Source of the DNA: an uncultured Planctomycetaceae bacterium
GTDB taxonomy: Bacteria > Planctomycetota > Planctomycetia > Pirellulales > PALSA-1355
Direction of reading: 5' to 3'
NCBI GenBank assembly: GCA_963785305.1
Contig: CAWAUV010000006.1
Span: 102,724 to 166,723 of the forward strand
DNA length: 64,000 nucleotides
Positions 1 to 10,718 of this stretch are shown here, piece after piece. The position numbers and the translations under genes were made by a program. Under the pieces are notes generated by a model. It was not told where the DNA came from. It was given only the letters and a program-made list of their open reading frames with translations, and ran no database searches. The stretch's first letter is position 1; each line of letters opens with the position of its first letter.

Positions 1-587
1 CCAAGGATTGGAAATACGAAGTCATCTCGATGGGGTATCCTGGCCCGGTGCTGCACCATCACCCCGTGGCCGATCCGGCCAACATGGGCAAGGGTTGGGT
101 GGGCTTCGATTTCGAAAAAGCGTTTGGTCTACCGATCAAGATCATCAACGACGCCGCGATGCAAGCCTTGGGCAGCTACGATGGCGGCCGGATGCTCTTT
201 CTAGGATTCGGCACGGGGCTCGGCTCGGCGCTCATAGCCGACGGCATGCTTCAGCCGATGGAGCTCGGCCACCTGCCTTATCGCAAAGGCACGTTCGAAG
301 ACTATGTCGGCATTCGCGGACTTCTGCGTCTCGGCAAGAAGAAGTGGCGCAAGCGCGTGGCCGATGTGATCGAGCGCATGTCGAACGCGCTCGAAGTCGA
401 TTATGTCGTGCTGGGCGGCGGCAACGCGGAATTGCTTAAAGAACTTCCGCCCAAATGCCGCAAGGGCGCCAACGCCAATGCGTTTGTCGGCGGTTTTCGC
501 CTCTGGAACGAGGTCAACAAGTCCTCGGTCGCCATTCCCGACGATCAGGCGATTCCCATCTCCGGGCCAGCGCCGGGCAAAAACTGA
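1..587 (+). CDS. ROK-family sugar kinase / polyphosphate glucokinase-like (5' end outside window)
   Basis: INDAAMQALG, GFGTGLGSA, ELGHL and VVLGGGN motifs typical of ROK/PPGK kinases. Confidence 0.85.
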   Translation, partial: KDWKYEVISMGYPGPVLHHHPVADPANMGKGWVGFDFEKAFGLPIKIINDAAMQALGSYDGGRMLFLGFGTGLGSALIADGMLQPMELGHLPYRKGTFEDYVGIRGLLRLGKKKWRKRVADVIERMSNALEVDYVVLGGGNAELLKELPPKCRKGANANAFVGGFRLWNEVNKSSVAIPDDQAIPISGPAPGKN

Positions 588-736
588 TCTCCCGCGGCGC
601 CGCTTGCGCCGATTGTTGCGGCATTGCAAGGAAGTCGCCCTGGAATCGGGTGCTAGAATTCCCATAGCCGCGCGCCGCCGGCGCCTTGCCCCGTTGGCTT
701 TTTCCCAGAAGCCGCCCGCCCCAGGAATAACCAATC

Positions 737-3373
737 GTGCCACTGAACCCCGAAGCCGAACGATTGGCCGCGGCCGACGCGCCCGGCCTGAACTGGAGAC
801 TTTGGGGACCCTATCTCTCCGAGCGGCAGTGGGCCACGGTGCGCGAGGACTACAGCGAAGACGGCGACGCCTGGAGATATTTTCCCCACGACATGGCACG
901 GCGCCGCGCCTATCGCTGGGGCGAGGACGGGATCGCCGGCTTCTCCGATGAACGCGCGCGGTTGTGCCTGGCGATCGGTCTTTGGAACCATCAAGATCGC
1001 TTCCTCAAGGAGCGGCTGTTCGGCCTCACCGGCCCGCAAGGCAACCACGGCGAGGATGTCAAGGAGCTCTACTACTATCTCGACGCCACCCCGACCCATT
1101 CCTATCTGCGAATGCTCTATAAGTATCCGCAAAGCGAATTTCCCTACGAGCGACTCGTCGAGGAAAACGGTCGCCGCACGCGCCAGGACCCCGAGTTCGA
1201 ACTGATCGACACCGGCGCGTTCGACGAAAACCGCTACTTCGATGTGTTCGTCGAATACGCCAAGGCCGGGCCCGACGATATCTTGATGCGCGTGATGGCC
1301 TACAATCGCGGTCCGGAAGCCGCCCCGCTCGACCTGCTCTTGCAACTTTGGTTTCGCAATACGTGGAGTTGGACAAACCTGACTTCCACCCGGCCGGCGC
1401 TCGTCGGCGCAGACTCGGCTTGCATTATCGCCGACGAGCCCGATCTGGGCCGATATTACGCCTATCTCGAAAACGCCGACGAACTCTTGTTTTGCGAGAA
1501 CGAAACCAATGGCGAGGTGTTTGGCCTCGCGCGCACCGGATATCCCAAGGACTCGTTTCACGATTATGTGGTCGAGGGCCGAAGGGGCGCGATCAATCCC
1601 GCGCGGCGGGGAACCAAGTCGGCGGCCCGGTTTCGGTGGCTGATCGCGCCGGGTGAAAGCTGCGTGGCGCGCCTACGGCTCTGCCGCGCCGCGCTGGATC
1701 GACCCTGCGAGGACTTCGACCATGTGCTCGCCGAGCGCCGCGGCGAAGCCGATGCATTCTACGACGACCTGCAACAGGGCCTCGTCGATCCGGAGCTGCG
1801 CGGCGTGCAGCGGCAAGCGTTGGCCGGCATGATCTGGAGCAAGCAGTTTTACAATTACAATATTCGCAAATGGGTGGCCGGCGATTCGGCCCAGCCGCCT
1901 CCGCCCGGCGATCGTCGCCACGGCCGCAACGCCAACTGGCGGCACCTCAACAATCGCGAGGTGCTGTCGATGCCCGACAAATGGGAATATCCCTGGTATG
2001 CGGCCTGGGACCTCGCGTTTCATTGCGTGCCGCTGGCGCTGGTCGACGCCGCCTTCGCCAAGCAGCAACTCACGCTGCTGATGCGCGAGTGGTACATGCA
2101 CCCCAATGGCGAATTGCCCGCCTATGAATGGAACTTCGGCGATGTCAATCCGCCGGTGCATGCCTGGGCCGCCTATCGCGTGTTTCAGATCGATCGCAAG
2201 CGCAACGGCGGCGCCGGCGACTTCGATTTTCTCAAGCGCGTGTTCCACAAACTGCTGCTCAACTTCACCTGGTGGGTGAATCGCAAGGACGTCGATGGCC
2301 GCAACGTGTTTCAAGGCGGTTTTCTCGGGCTCGACAACATCGGCGTCTTCGACCGCAACCACAAACTGCCCGATGGCGGCTTTCTGACACAGGCCGATGG
2401 CACGAGCTGGATGGCGATGTATTCGCTTAATCTGCTCCGCATCGCGCTCGAACTGGCGCTGGTCGATCCGGTGTACGAGGACATCGCCAGCAAGTTCTTC
2501 GAGCACTTTCTCGAAATCGCCGACGCCATCAACAACGTCACCGAGGACGGATTCGGACTCTGGGACGAGGAAGACGGCTTCTATTACGACAAAATGCACT
2601 TGGCCGATGGGCGCAAGCAAGTGATGCGCGTGCGGTCGATGGTCGGCCTCATCCCCCTGTTCGCTGTCGAGACCCTCGAGCCCGAAATGCTCGAGCAATT
2701 GCCGAATTTCCGCGATCGGCTGAACTGGTATCTGGAGAATCGGCCGAAACGCGCCTTGCAAGTCTCGCGCTGGAACGAGCCCGGCCGCGGCGAACGCCGA
2801 CTCCTCAGCCTCTTGCGCGGGCATCGCATGAAACTGCTGCTCAAGCGGATGCTCGACCCGGGAGAGTTCCTTTCCGACCACGGAGTGCGAGCCCTTTCGC
2901 GATACCACCGCGAGCATCCCTTCGAATTCCACTGCGACGACACGACGCTTTCGGTCGATTATGAACCGGCCGAAAGCCAATCGAATCTGTTCGGTGGCAA
3001 CTCGAATTGGCGCGGGCCGATCTGGTTTCCGGTCAATTTCCTGATCGTCGAATCGTTGCAGAAATTCCATCACTACTACGGCGATGATTTCAAGGTCGAA
3101 TGCCCGACCGGCTCGGGCCAATATCTGACGCTGGACCAGATCGCCAAGGAAATCTCGCGCCGGCTTTGCAGCCTATTTCTGCCCGACACGAATGGGCGCC
3201 GGCCGATGTATAACGGCAGTCCGCGCGAGCAGCGCGATCCGCATTTCCGCGATCTTGTGCTGTTCCATGAATACTTCGACGGCGACACCGGCCGCGGGCT
3301 GGGCGCCTCGCATCAAACCGGCTGGACCGGAGTCGTGGCCAAGCTGATTCAGCCGCGGCGCTCGGAGCATTGA
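737..3373 (+). CDS. GH63/MGH1-like glycoside hydrolase (glucosidase)
   Basis: 878 aa; WGPYLSERQW.TVREDYS, MPDKWEYPWYAAWDLAFH and GLGASHQTGWTG are hallmark motifs. Confidence 0.92.
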   Translation: MPLNPEAERLAAADAPGLNWRLWGPYLSERQWATVREDYSEDGDAWRYFPHDMARRRAYRWGEDGIAGFSDERARLCLAIGLWNHQDRFLKERLFGLTGPQGNHGEDVKELYYYLDATPTHSYLRMLYKYPQSEFPYERLVEENGRRTRQDPEFELIDTGAFDENRYFDVFVEYAKAGPDDILMRVMAYNRGPEAAPLDLLLQLWFRNTWSWTNLTSTRPALVGADSACIIADEPDLGRYYAYLENADELLFCENETNGEVFGLARTGYPKDSFHDYVVEGRRGAINPARRGTKSAARFRWLIAPGESCVARLRLCRAALDRPCEDFDHVLAERRGEADAFYDDLQQGLVDPELRGVQRQALAGMIWSKQFYNYNIRKWVAGDSAQPPPPGDRRHGRNANWRHLNNREVLSMPDKWEYPWYAAWDLAFHCVPLALVDAAFAKQQLTLLMREWYMHPNGELPAYEWNFGDVNPPVHAWAAYRVFQIDRKRNGGAGDFDFLKRVFHKLLLNFTWWVNRKDVDGRNVFQGGFLGLDNIGVFDRNHKLPDGGFLTQADGTSWMAMYSLNLLRIALELALVDPVYEDIASKFFEHFLEIADAINNVTEDGFGLWDEEDGFYYDKMHLADGRKQVMRVRSMVGLIPLFAVETLEPEMLEQLPNFRDRLNWYLENRPKRALQVSRWNEPGRGERRLLSLLRGHRMKLLLKRMLDPGEFLSDHGVRALSRYHREHPFEFHCDDTTLSVDYEPAESQSNLFGGNSNWRGPIWFPVNFLIVESLQKFHHYYGDDFKVECPTGSGQYLTLDQIAKEISRRLCSLFLPDTNGRRPMYNGSPREQRDPHFRDLVLFHEYFDGDTGRGLGASHQTGWTGVVAKLIQPRRSEH

Positions 3374-3525
3374 GCGCGGCGCTCGCGGACAGGTTCGATT
3401 TGGCTTGCGCGGTCGGCTGAAAATTGCTGGACCCCGGCCGCCGCGCCGTACTATCATGGCGGCGCGGTTTCGCCCGATTCGCCGGTCCAAGTATCTTGCC
3501 TCCCCGACTCGAAGGGCCCCTCCCC

Positions 3526-5339
3526 ATGATTCGCGCCTCGGCCATTCTGTTTGCATGGGTCGCATTCCTATTTCCGGCGGCGTTTTCCGGCGCCGTGTTC
3601 GCTGCCGACGCTCCGGCGCCGACCCCGCCCAAGGGCGAGTTGCTCAAGCACACGTTCAAATCAAGCAAGATATTCCCCGGCACGACGCGCGATTACACGA
3701 TCTATGTGCCTCGCCAATACGACCCGGCCAAGCCGGCTTGCGTGCATGTGAATCAGGACGGGGTGCAGTTCAAGGCGCCCGAGGTATTCGACCAACTCAT
3801 TGCAGCCGGCGAAATGCCGATCACGATCGGCGTGTTCGTCACTCCCGGCCGCGTGCCCGCGCCGGGGCCCGGCGCGCTCGATCGCTTCAATCGCAGCTAT
3901 GAGTACGACGGTCTGGGCGACGCCTACGCGCGCTTTGTGCTCGACGAGCTGCTGCCCGAAGTCGAAACCAAGTCGACTTCCGATGGCCGCGCGATCCATC
4001 TTTCGCACGATGGCAATGATCGTTCGATCGGCGGTTCGAGCAGCGGCGCGGTGTGCGCCTTTACCGCCGCCTGGGAACGGCCCGACGCGTTTCGCCGCGT
4101 GTTCAGCGCCATCGGCACCTATGTCGGCCTGCGCGGGGCAAACGCGTATCCCACGCTGATTCGCAAAATGGAGCCGAAGCCGCTTCGCGTGTTTCTCCAA
4201 GACGGCAGCGGCGACCTGAACATCTATGGCGGCGATTGGTGGATGGCCAACCAGGAGATGGAGCGGGCCTTGGCCTTTGCCGGCTACGAAGTGGCCCACG
4301 CTTGGGGCGACGGCGGCCACAACGGCAAGCATGCCACCGAAATCTTTGCCGACGCGATGCGCTGGCTTTGGAAAGATTGGCCCAAGCGGATTCAAACCGG
4401 CGCCGGCTCGCCGCAGATGAAGGAAATCGCCCTGCCTGGCGAAGATTGGAAGCCGATCGAGGGCGATTACAAATCGGCCCAATCGCTCGCGGTGAATCCG
4501 AAGGGCGAGGTTGTTTTTTATGACCCCGCGCAAAAGAAAAATTGGAAGTGGGGAATCGAAGGGCATGTGTCCGCCGAGGCTGGTTCGGCGCCGGTGGGAG
4601 CGCAGGCGTTCGCGACCGATGGTTCCCTGATGGCGCGATTGAAGCAAGGCCCGGGCTCCAATCGATTTCGCCCAGCGGCGATACCCGCGACTTCGCCGGC
4701 GATCTAAGGGCCGAACGTCTCTTGGTTCTCTCGGGCGGAGATGTTTTAGCGACAACCGCGGGCCCGCCCTGGTTTGTCGTGTCCGACATCGCGCGAACCA
4801 CGGTCGCCGGTCCCGCGCGCATGTTGGTATCGCTCGCCGCGATTCGATCGGGCGGTATTGTCTGTTCGCCCGATCATTCGCTTCTGTATGTATCCGACCG
4901 CGCAACCCACTGGGTATATAGCTATCAGTTCCAGGCCGATGGCTCGCTCGCCTTCGGCCAACGCTATTATCACTTGCATGCTCCCGACTCCGCCGACAAT
5001 GCCGGCGCCGGCGCCCTGCGGGTCGATCGCGATGGCCGGCTCTATGTCGCCACGCGAATGGGGATTCAGGTCTGCGATCAGGCCGGGAGAGTGAATGTGA
5101 TCTTGCCGCTCCCTCGCGCGCCGCTAACGCCGGAATCTTTCTCAATGGAGGCCGATTGGCGCAATTCCACGGCGAGCGATCCAGCGAGCCACGCCCCGTC
5201 GCCGGAAGTCGAGTTCGGCGGGGCCGAGTTCGACACGCTGATCGCCACCGACGGCCATCGCCTTTACCAGCGGAAGCTCAAGGTTCGCGGCGCCCCGGCT
5301 TTCGAACCCGCTCACAAGCCCGCCGCGCCAAAGCTTTGA
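3526..5339 (+). CDS. Secreted esterase (alpha/beta hydrolase) fused to SMP-30/gluconolactonase propeller; frameshift near 4665
   Basis: Signal peptide, GxSxG (GSSSGA) in ORF 3424-4707; VDRDGRLYVATRMGIQVCDQAGRV in ORF 4542-5339. Confidence 0.8.
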
Positions 5340-5664
5340 TCTCCGGCTGGCGCCAGCAGCGAATGCGCGCGGTGTTTTCCTAGCAAACTTGCTCTCGCAA
5401 GGATTGCGGGCTTGGCGTATGATCCGCCCGCGTTCCGGGAAGAGGTTTCATGCTAGCGGGGCGCCGCCGTCTCGCGTCGCTTCCTGGAGCGCGCTCGCCG
5501 AAAAGGGCGAACGTGGCCGGCGCTTTCTTGGCGAGAATCACGTCAAGAATTGCCCGCCACGATAGGCCGAGCGACTGGAAAAAGCTTCATCGGTCCGCCC
5601 AAGCACCACGCTGCTGGGCCGCCTGATCGCAATCGCAAAGCCCGTCAAGGAGGACGGAACCAAC

Positions 5665-6894
5665 GTGAACACACTCAAGCCGCTATTGATCGTCGCCATT
5701 GTCGGCGGCATTGGCTACGGCGCCTGGAGCCGACTAAATCGCAAGCCCGACAACCTGCAAGGCTGGGATTCCACGCCCACGGTGCAGCTCAGCGATCCAA
5801 ACACCAATTGGTCGCCCGGCGCGACGCCCGCCGCCCCGGCCGCTGGCGCCGAAGCGCCCCCGACGTTCGGCGGACTCGCGACCGCGGCGCCGGATGGCGC
5901 GCTGCCCACGGCGCCCGATCCGGGGAGCCCAGCGACACCGCCCGTCGATCCAAGCCTGACCGCCAGTGGGCAGCCGGCCGCGGCCGCGCCGCCATTTGGA
6001 AATCCCGCGCCCGAATCCGCCACGGGATCGTCGACAAACCCTGTCGGGCCTGGAGCGAGCGGCGCGGATCCAGCAAGCGCCGCCGCGGGAATGGCGGGCA
6101 CGGCGGGCTCTCCCGCCGAAACAGGCGCGCCCCCGGCCGGCTATCCCCAAACCGGATCGCCAGCCGCCGACGCCACCGGCGCGGCCGTGGCCAGCCCCTT
6201 CGGCCCGGTGCTCGACCGCGCGCGGCAGGAGCTCGACGCCGGCCTCTTGGCCGAGGGTCTGCTGCAACTCTCGGCCTGGTACGACAATCCTCAGCTTGCG
6301 ACCGGCGAACAGCAGCAACTCAACGAACTGCTCGATCAGGTGGCCGGGGCCGTGGTCTATTCGAATCGGCCCTATGGCGAACCGCTCCACGAGATTCAGC
6401 CCGGCGATCGGCTCGACGACATCGCGGCCCGCTACAGTGTGTCACCGCAATTGCTCGCCAAGATCAATGGCATCGAAGACACGCAAAACCTGCGTCCCGG
6501 CGAGCGAATCAAAGTGCTCCGCGGCCCGTTCGAAGCCTCGATCAGCCTCGGAAAAAAAATGCTCGTGCTCTGGGTCGGCGGCAGCTATGCCGGCCGGTTC
6601 CGGGTCGGCTTCGGACGCGACTGGCCGCCGCGCGAAGGGCCCTATACGGTTGAAAACAAAATGGTGAATCCGGTCTATCAGGGACAAAATCGTCAGATCG
6701 AGGGCGGCGATCCCAGCAATCCGCTCGGCGCCCGCTGGATCGGACTCGCCGGCGGCTATGGCATCCACGGAACCAACGATCCGAACCAGCTCGATAGCCC
6801 GGAGCTCGCCGGGTGCATTGCCATGAGTCCGCGCGATCTCGAGGATGTATACGATATTCTCACGATCGGCTCCCGGGTGACGATCCATCCCTGA
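5665..6894 (+). CDS. Membrane-anchored LysM + L,D-transpeptidase (YkuD) domain protein
   Basis: N-terminal TM, Pro/Ala-rich linker, LysM (IQPGDRLDDIAARYSV), YkuD motif GIHGT...GCI; RBS AGGAGG upstream. Confidence 0.85.
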   Translation: MNTLKPLLIVAIVGGIGYGAWSRLNRKPDNLQGWDSTPTVQLSDPNTNWSPGATPAAPAAGAEAPPTFGGLATAAPDGALPTAPDPGSPATPPVDPSLTASGQPAAAAPPFGNPAPESATGSSTNPVGPGASGADPASAAAGMAGTAGSPAETGAPPAGYPQTGSPAADATGAAVASPFGPVLDRARQELDAGLLAEGLLQLSAWYDNPQLATGEQQQLNELLDQVAGAVVYSNRPYGEPLHEIQPGDRLDDIAARYSVSPQLLAKINGIEDTQNLRPGERIKVLRGPFEASISLGKKMLVLWVGGSYAGRFRVGFGRDWPPREGPYTVENKMVNPVYQGQNRQIEGGDPSNPLGARWIGLAGGYGIHGTNDPNQLDSPELAGCIAMSPRDLEDVYDILTIGSRVTIHP

Positions 6895-7102
6895 CGAACA
6901 TTCCTGGCGATCGCCGCGATCGCTTCCGACTTTCGCACGCCGTTCCGCGCTCGCTCGGCCCTTCGCCTTCGGTCGCCGACGTTTGATCCGAACATCGCGA
7001 CCGGCTACTTTCGCCCTTTGCCGCCACATGGTATAGAACCGACTGCGGCGATGGCTGCGATCCTCGGCAACGGTTTTTTCAACTCATAGGACAAACGCGC
7101 GC

Positions 7103-7654
7103 GTGTACGACAAACAGCAACTCATGGACCTGATGCGCGCCCGGGCGCTGCGGTTCGGCCAATTTACGCTCGCTTCGGGCAAGCAAGCGAGTTACTACCT
7201 CGACGGCAAGCAGATCACGCTCGACTCGAGCGGCGCCCGGCTGATCGCCGACGGTATCTTGGACCTGCTTGCCGATCGAATGCCCGACGCCGTGGGCGGC
7301 ATGGCGATCGGGGCCGATCCGATCACGGCCGCCGTGGTGACGATGGCCGGCGTGCGCGGGCTGCCGCTGCGGGGCTTCATGGTGCGCAAGGAAGCCAAGG
7401 GACATGGCGCCAAGCAATTCGTCGAGGGGCCTGTCAAGGCGGGCGATCGGGTCGTGATTGTCGAAGACGTGGTCACCACTGGCGGCTCCTCGCTGATGGC
7501 GATCGATCGCGTGGAGTCGGTCGGCTTGGTGGTCGAGCGGGTCATCGCCATCATCGATCGGCTCGAGGGCGGGGCGGCGGCGTTTGCCGCGCGCGGCATT
7601 CCGCTCGAAAGCTTGCTCTCGATTCGCGACTTCGGCATCGAACCGCCGACCTGA
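7103..7654 (+). CDS. pyrE: Orotate phosphoribosyltransferase
   Basis: FGQFTLASGK, VRKEAKGHG, PRPP-binding VVIVEDVVTTGGS. Confidence 0.95.
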   Translation: MYDKQQLMDLMRARALRFGQFTLASGKQASYYLDGKQITLDSSGARLIADGILDLLADRMPDAVGGMAIGADPITAAVVTMAGVRGLPLRGFMVRKEAKGHGAKQFVEGPVKAGDRVVIVEDVVTTGGSSLMAIDRVESVGLVVERVIAIIDRLEGGAAAFAARGIPLESLLSIRDFGIEPPT

Positions 7655-7710
7655 AGTCGGCTCGAATCGTTTCGAACAACTCGCGCTCGCCTTGCGGAAG
7701 CCGCCATCCG

Positions 7711-8397
7711 ATGGAAACCTCGCTGCATCGCGACCTAAAATCGCACTATGCCGGGCCGGGCCAAAAGGTGGAAGTTCGCGTCGGCGAATTTCGTGTCGAC
7801 GCCGTGCGCGGCCGGCAACTCATTGAAATCCAACACGGCTCGCTGTCGGCCATTCGCGACAAAGTGCGGCGGCTATCGGCCGAGCGATCGGTGCTGGTCG
7901 TCAAGCCGATCGTGGCGCTCAAGACCCTCGTGAAAGTCGGCGAGAGCGGCGCTGTCTCGCGGCGTTTGAGCCCCAAGCGGGGACGGCTGCTCGATGTGTT
8001 CGACGAGCTGGTCTATTTCATGCGGGTCTTTCCCGGCAAGCGGCTCGCGCTCGAGCTCGCGTTGGTCGAGATCGAAGAATGGCGGCGGCCCGGCCATGGC
8101 CGCCGGCGTCGCTGGCGGCGCGACGACCATGTGGTGGAAGACCGGAAGCTCGTGCGAATTCTCGAAACTCGGCGGATCGCGACCGCCGGCGATTTGTGGT
8201 CGCTCGTGCCGCGCGGCCTGCCAGCGGAATTTCACACCGGCGACTTGGCGAAATTGCTCGGCGCCCGGCCAGCGGCGGCCCGAAAGATCGCTTACTGCCT
8301 GCGCGCCTGCGGCGCGATCACTCAGATCGGCAAGCGCGGCAATGCGATCCTCTATCAAGCGGCGACCAAGATCGCGGCGAGCAAAAAGGCCGCTTGA
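7711..8397 (+). CDS. Conserved hypothetical protein, possible PD-(D/E)xK-like fold with C-terminal HTH
   Basis: E.SLH...K, then VDAV...LIEIQ; C-terminal FHTGDLAKLLG...ARKIAYCL helix-turn-helix-like segment. Confidence 0.6.
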   Translation: METSLHRDLKSHYAGPGQKVEVRVGEFRVDAVRGRQLIEIQHGSLSAIRDKVRRLSAERSVLVVKPIVALKTLVKVGESGAVSRRLSPKRGRLLDVFDELVYFMRVFPGKRLALELALVEIEEWRRPGHGRRRRWRRDDHVVEDRKLVRILETRRIATAGDLWSLVPRGLPAEFHTGDLAKLLGARPAAARKIAYCLRACGAITQIGKRGNAILYQAATKIAASKKAA

Positions 8398-8458
8398 GCG
8401 CGGTGGCTCGATCTACTGTCGCGGGCCCCATGAGCCGCGAGTCGGCCCGAGCCAGGCA

Positions 8459-9964
8459 TCAGCGGATTTTCTGGTCGGGTAGTTCTTGTTTCACGCCTTC
8501 GTCGCGCGGCATTTTATCATTCGCCGGAGTGACCCCGACGGCCATCATCGCCTGCTCCAGCTCGGCTCGCATCGCGGTTAGCCGCGCGGCGTGGGTACTA
8601 TCGACCGCCAGGTTCTTCATCTCGGCTGGGTCGTTTTTCAGATCATAGAGCTCGGCGATGTAGTGTTCGACCGAACCATCGCCCGGCGGATAGTGGATGT
8701 ATTTCCAATCCTTGGTGCGCACTCCGCGCACATTGGGCGTGTAGGGAAACTGCTTCTCGTAGTTGTATTCATAGAACCAGCTTTTGCGCCAATTCGAATC
8801 GGCCCCGGTGCTGGCCAGCGGAACCCAAGAGCGCCCATGAATCGCCGGAAGAGGCGCCGCGCCGCACACATCGAGCACGCTAGGCGCCAAGTCTTCGGTG
8901 AGCACTTGCTCATCGACGACGCGCGGCGTCTTAAACCGGCCGGGATACCGCGCGATCAGCGGAATGCGGATGCTGGCTTCGTGCATCGTGCGCTTGTCGA
9001 CCATGCCGTCTTCGCCGTTGAGTAAACCATTGTCGCCCAAAAATAGAATGAGCGTGTTTTCGAGTTGACCCGAGGATTTGAGAAATTCCAGCATCCGGCC
9101 CATGCTATCGTCGACACTGAGCAGGGTCTCCCAATAGGAATGCGTCATCGCCGCGAAATCCTTGACGCCCTCGGGGCTCGAGTCCGGAAAATTCTTGCGA
9201 AAGCTGAACAGCGGCCCATAGATGCCGTGCCAGGTGCTCAGCCGGTCGCGAATCCAGCTCGGCTTGTCGTCGAGCTGAAACGCGCTCGCCGGGTAGTCGA
9301 CCTTCACATCGTCGAACACATGTTCGTACTTGGGCTCGGGCGTGTAGAAGCTATGGGTCGCCTTGTGGCCCACGCACATCAGCCAAGGCTTGCCGCCGGG
9401 CGGCTGCTCGCGGAGCCAATCGAGCGCCAGGTTCGTGACCACGGTGGTGTAATAACCGGGCAGCACTTTCCGCTCTTTGCCGTTGAAATTGAATTCCGTG
9501 TCGAAGTATTTGCCTTGGCCGCGATGGGTGACGAAATAATCGAAGCCGGGCCGCGGCTCGTCGTTGTTTTCTCCCATGTGCCATTTGCCGATGTAGGCGG
9601 TCGCGTAGCCGGATTCCTTGAGCCGCTTGGTAAAGGTCGGCATTTCCGCCGGTAGTTCGGTGAAGTTGTTCGTCACACCGTGGGCATGGGCATAAAGCCC
9701 CGTGAGCAGCGACGCCCGGCTCGGCGAGCAGAGCGACGTGGTGCAAAAGGCGTTGACGAAGCGGACGCCCGTGGCGGCGAGCCTGTCGATATGCGGAGTC
9801 TTCACGACCTTGGAGCCATAGCAGCCGATGGCGTCGGGCCGGAGATCGTCGCACAAGATGTAGAGCACATTCGGCCGCTTCTCGGCCGCGAGGGCGACTA
9901 CCGGCCAGGGCGCCAAGCAAGCCATCACCACGCTGAACAACAAAGTTCGAGAAAAAGCCATCAT
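8459..9964 (-). CDS. Secreted sulfatase (Cys-type)
   Basis: [22 protein letters not shown] (CxPxR), [13 protein letters not shown]. Confidence 0.95.
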   Translation of the reverse strand: MMAFSRTLLFSVVMACLAPWPVVALAAEKRPNVLYILCDDLRPDAIGCYGSKVVKTPHIDRLAATGVRFVNAFCTTSLCSPSRASLLTGLYAHAHGVTNNFTELPAEMPTFTKRLKESGYATAYIGKWHMGENNDEPRPGFDYFVTHRGQGKYFDTEFNFNGKERKVLPGYYTTVVTNLALDWLREQPPGGKPWLMCVGHKATHSFYTPEPKYEHVFDDVKVDYPASAFQLDDKPSWIRDRLSTWHGIYGPLFSFRKNFPDSSPEGVKDFAAMTHSYWETLLSVDDSMGRMLEFLKSSGQLENTLILFLGDNGLLNGEDGMVDKRTMHEASIRIPLIARYPGRFKTPRVVDEQVLTEDLAPSVLDVCGAAPLPAIHGRSWVPLASTGADSNWRKSWFYEYNYEKQFPYTPNVRGVRTKDWKYIHYPPGDGSVEHYIAELYDLKNDPAEMKNLAVDSTHAARLTAMRAELEQAMMAVGVTPANDKMPRDEGVKQELPDQKIR

Positions 9965-10115
9965 TTACCTCGACCGGAGCTCTGTATGGACGGAAGCGAG
10001 CGGATAAAGTCGCGCCAGCGCCTGGGACGCGTCGGCGACGCATTGCAGCAGCCAAGATAAACCACGGCCTCGGACCTTCGCAAGTTTTTAAAAGCTTGCT
10101 CACGAGGCGAAGTGC

Positions 10116-10718
10116 TCACCCGATACAAAACACATCGAGCGAGCGCGGGCCATGGGCCCCGATCACGAGCGACTGTTCGATGTCCGCCGTCTTCGAGGGG
10201 CCGGCGAGAAACGCGCCCCAAGGCGCCTCGGCCGGGCGAATGCGGGCATAGGCTTCGTGCATGTTCGACACCAACTCCCCGACCGGAATCACCAGCGCCA
10301 AGTGCTGCACGATAATATAAATCGCCCGGTGGCGCACGCCGCGCGACGTGACCCAAATCGCGCCGTTTTCGGCCACGCCAAACTCGCCCGGCATGACCGC
10401 CACATCGACATTTTCCAGCGCATGTGGATCGTCGATCGCGGCGAGGTCGACATTCGCCAACCCCAGGCCGGGCACATGCGACACCCCGCGCCGCGCTTCC
10501 GCGAAGGGGCGCAGGCCGAGCAGCAATTCGTTGGCCGCTTCGATCGTGGGAGCGCGATGCACCCGGGCGCCGATGCTTTCGAGCACCGTGGTGAACTGCG
10601 CGAGCCGGTCGGGATATTCGATCCAGGGGCCGGTCAATTCCGGCGGCGGCGCGGGCGGGCGATCGAGCGCCCGAATCGCCGCGAGAATGGTTTGTTTGCT
10701 GGTCGACATTGGCGCCAT
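10116..10718 (-). CDS. lutC: Lactate utilization protein C (LUD domain)
   Basis: GVAENGAIW, GPSKTADIEQSLVIGAHGP; coupled to the lutB stop. Confidence 0.88.
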   Translation of the reverse strand: MAPMSTSKQTILAAIRALDRPPAPPPELTGPWIEYPDRLAQFTTVLESIGARVHRAPTIEAANELLLGLRPFAEARRGVSHVPGLGLANVDLAAIDDPHALENVDVAVMPGEFGVAENGAIWVTSRGVRHRAIYIIVQHLALVIPVGELVSNMHEAYARIRPAEAPWGAFLAGPSKTADIEQSLVIGAHGPRSLDVFCIG

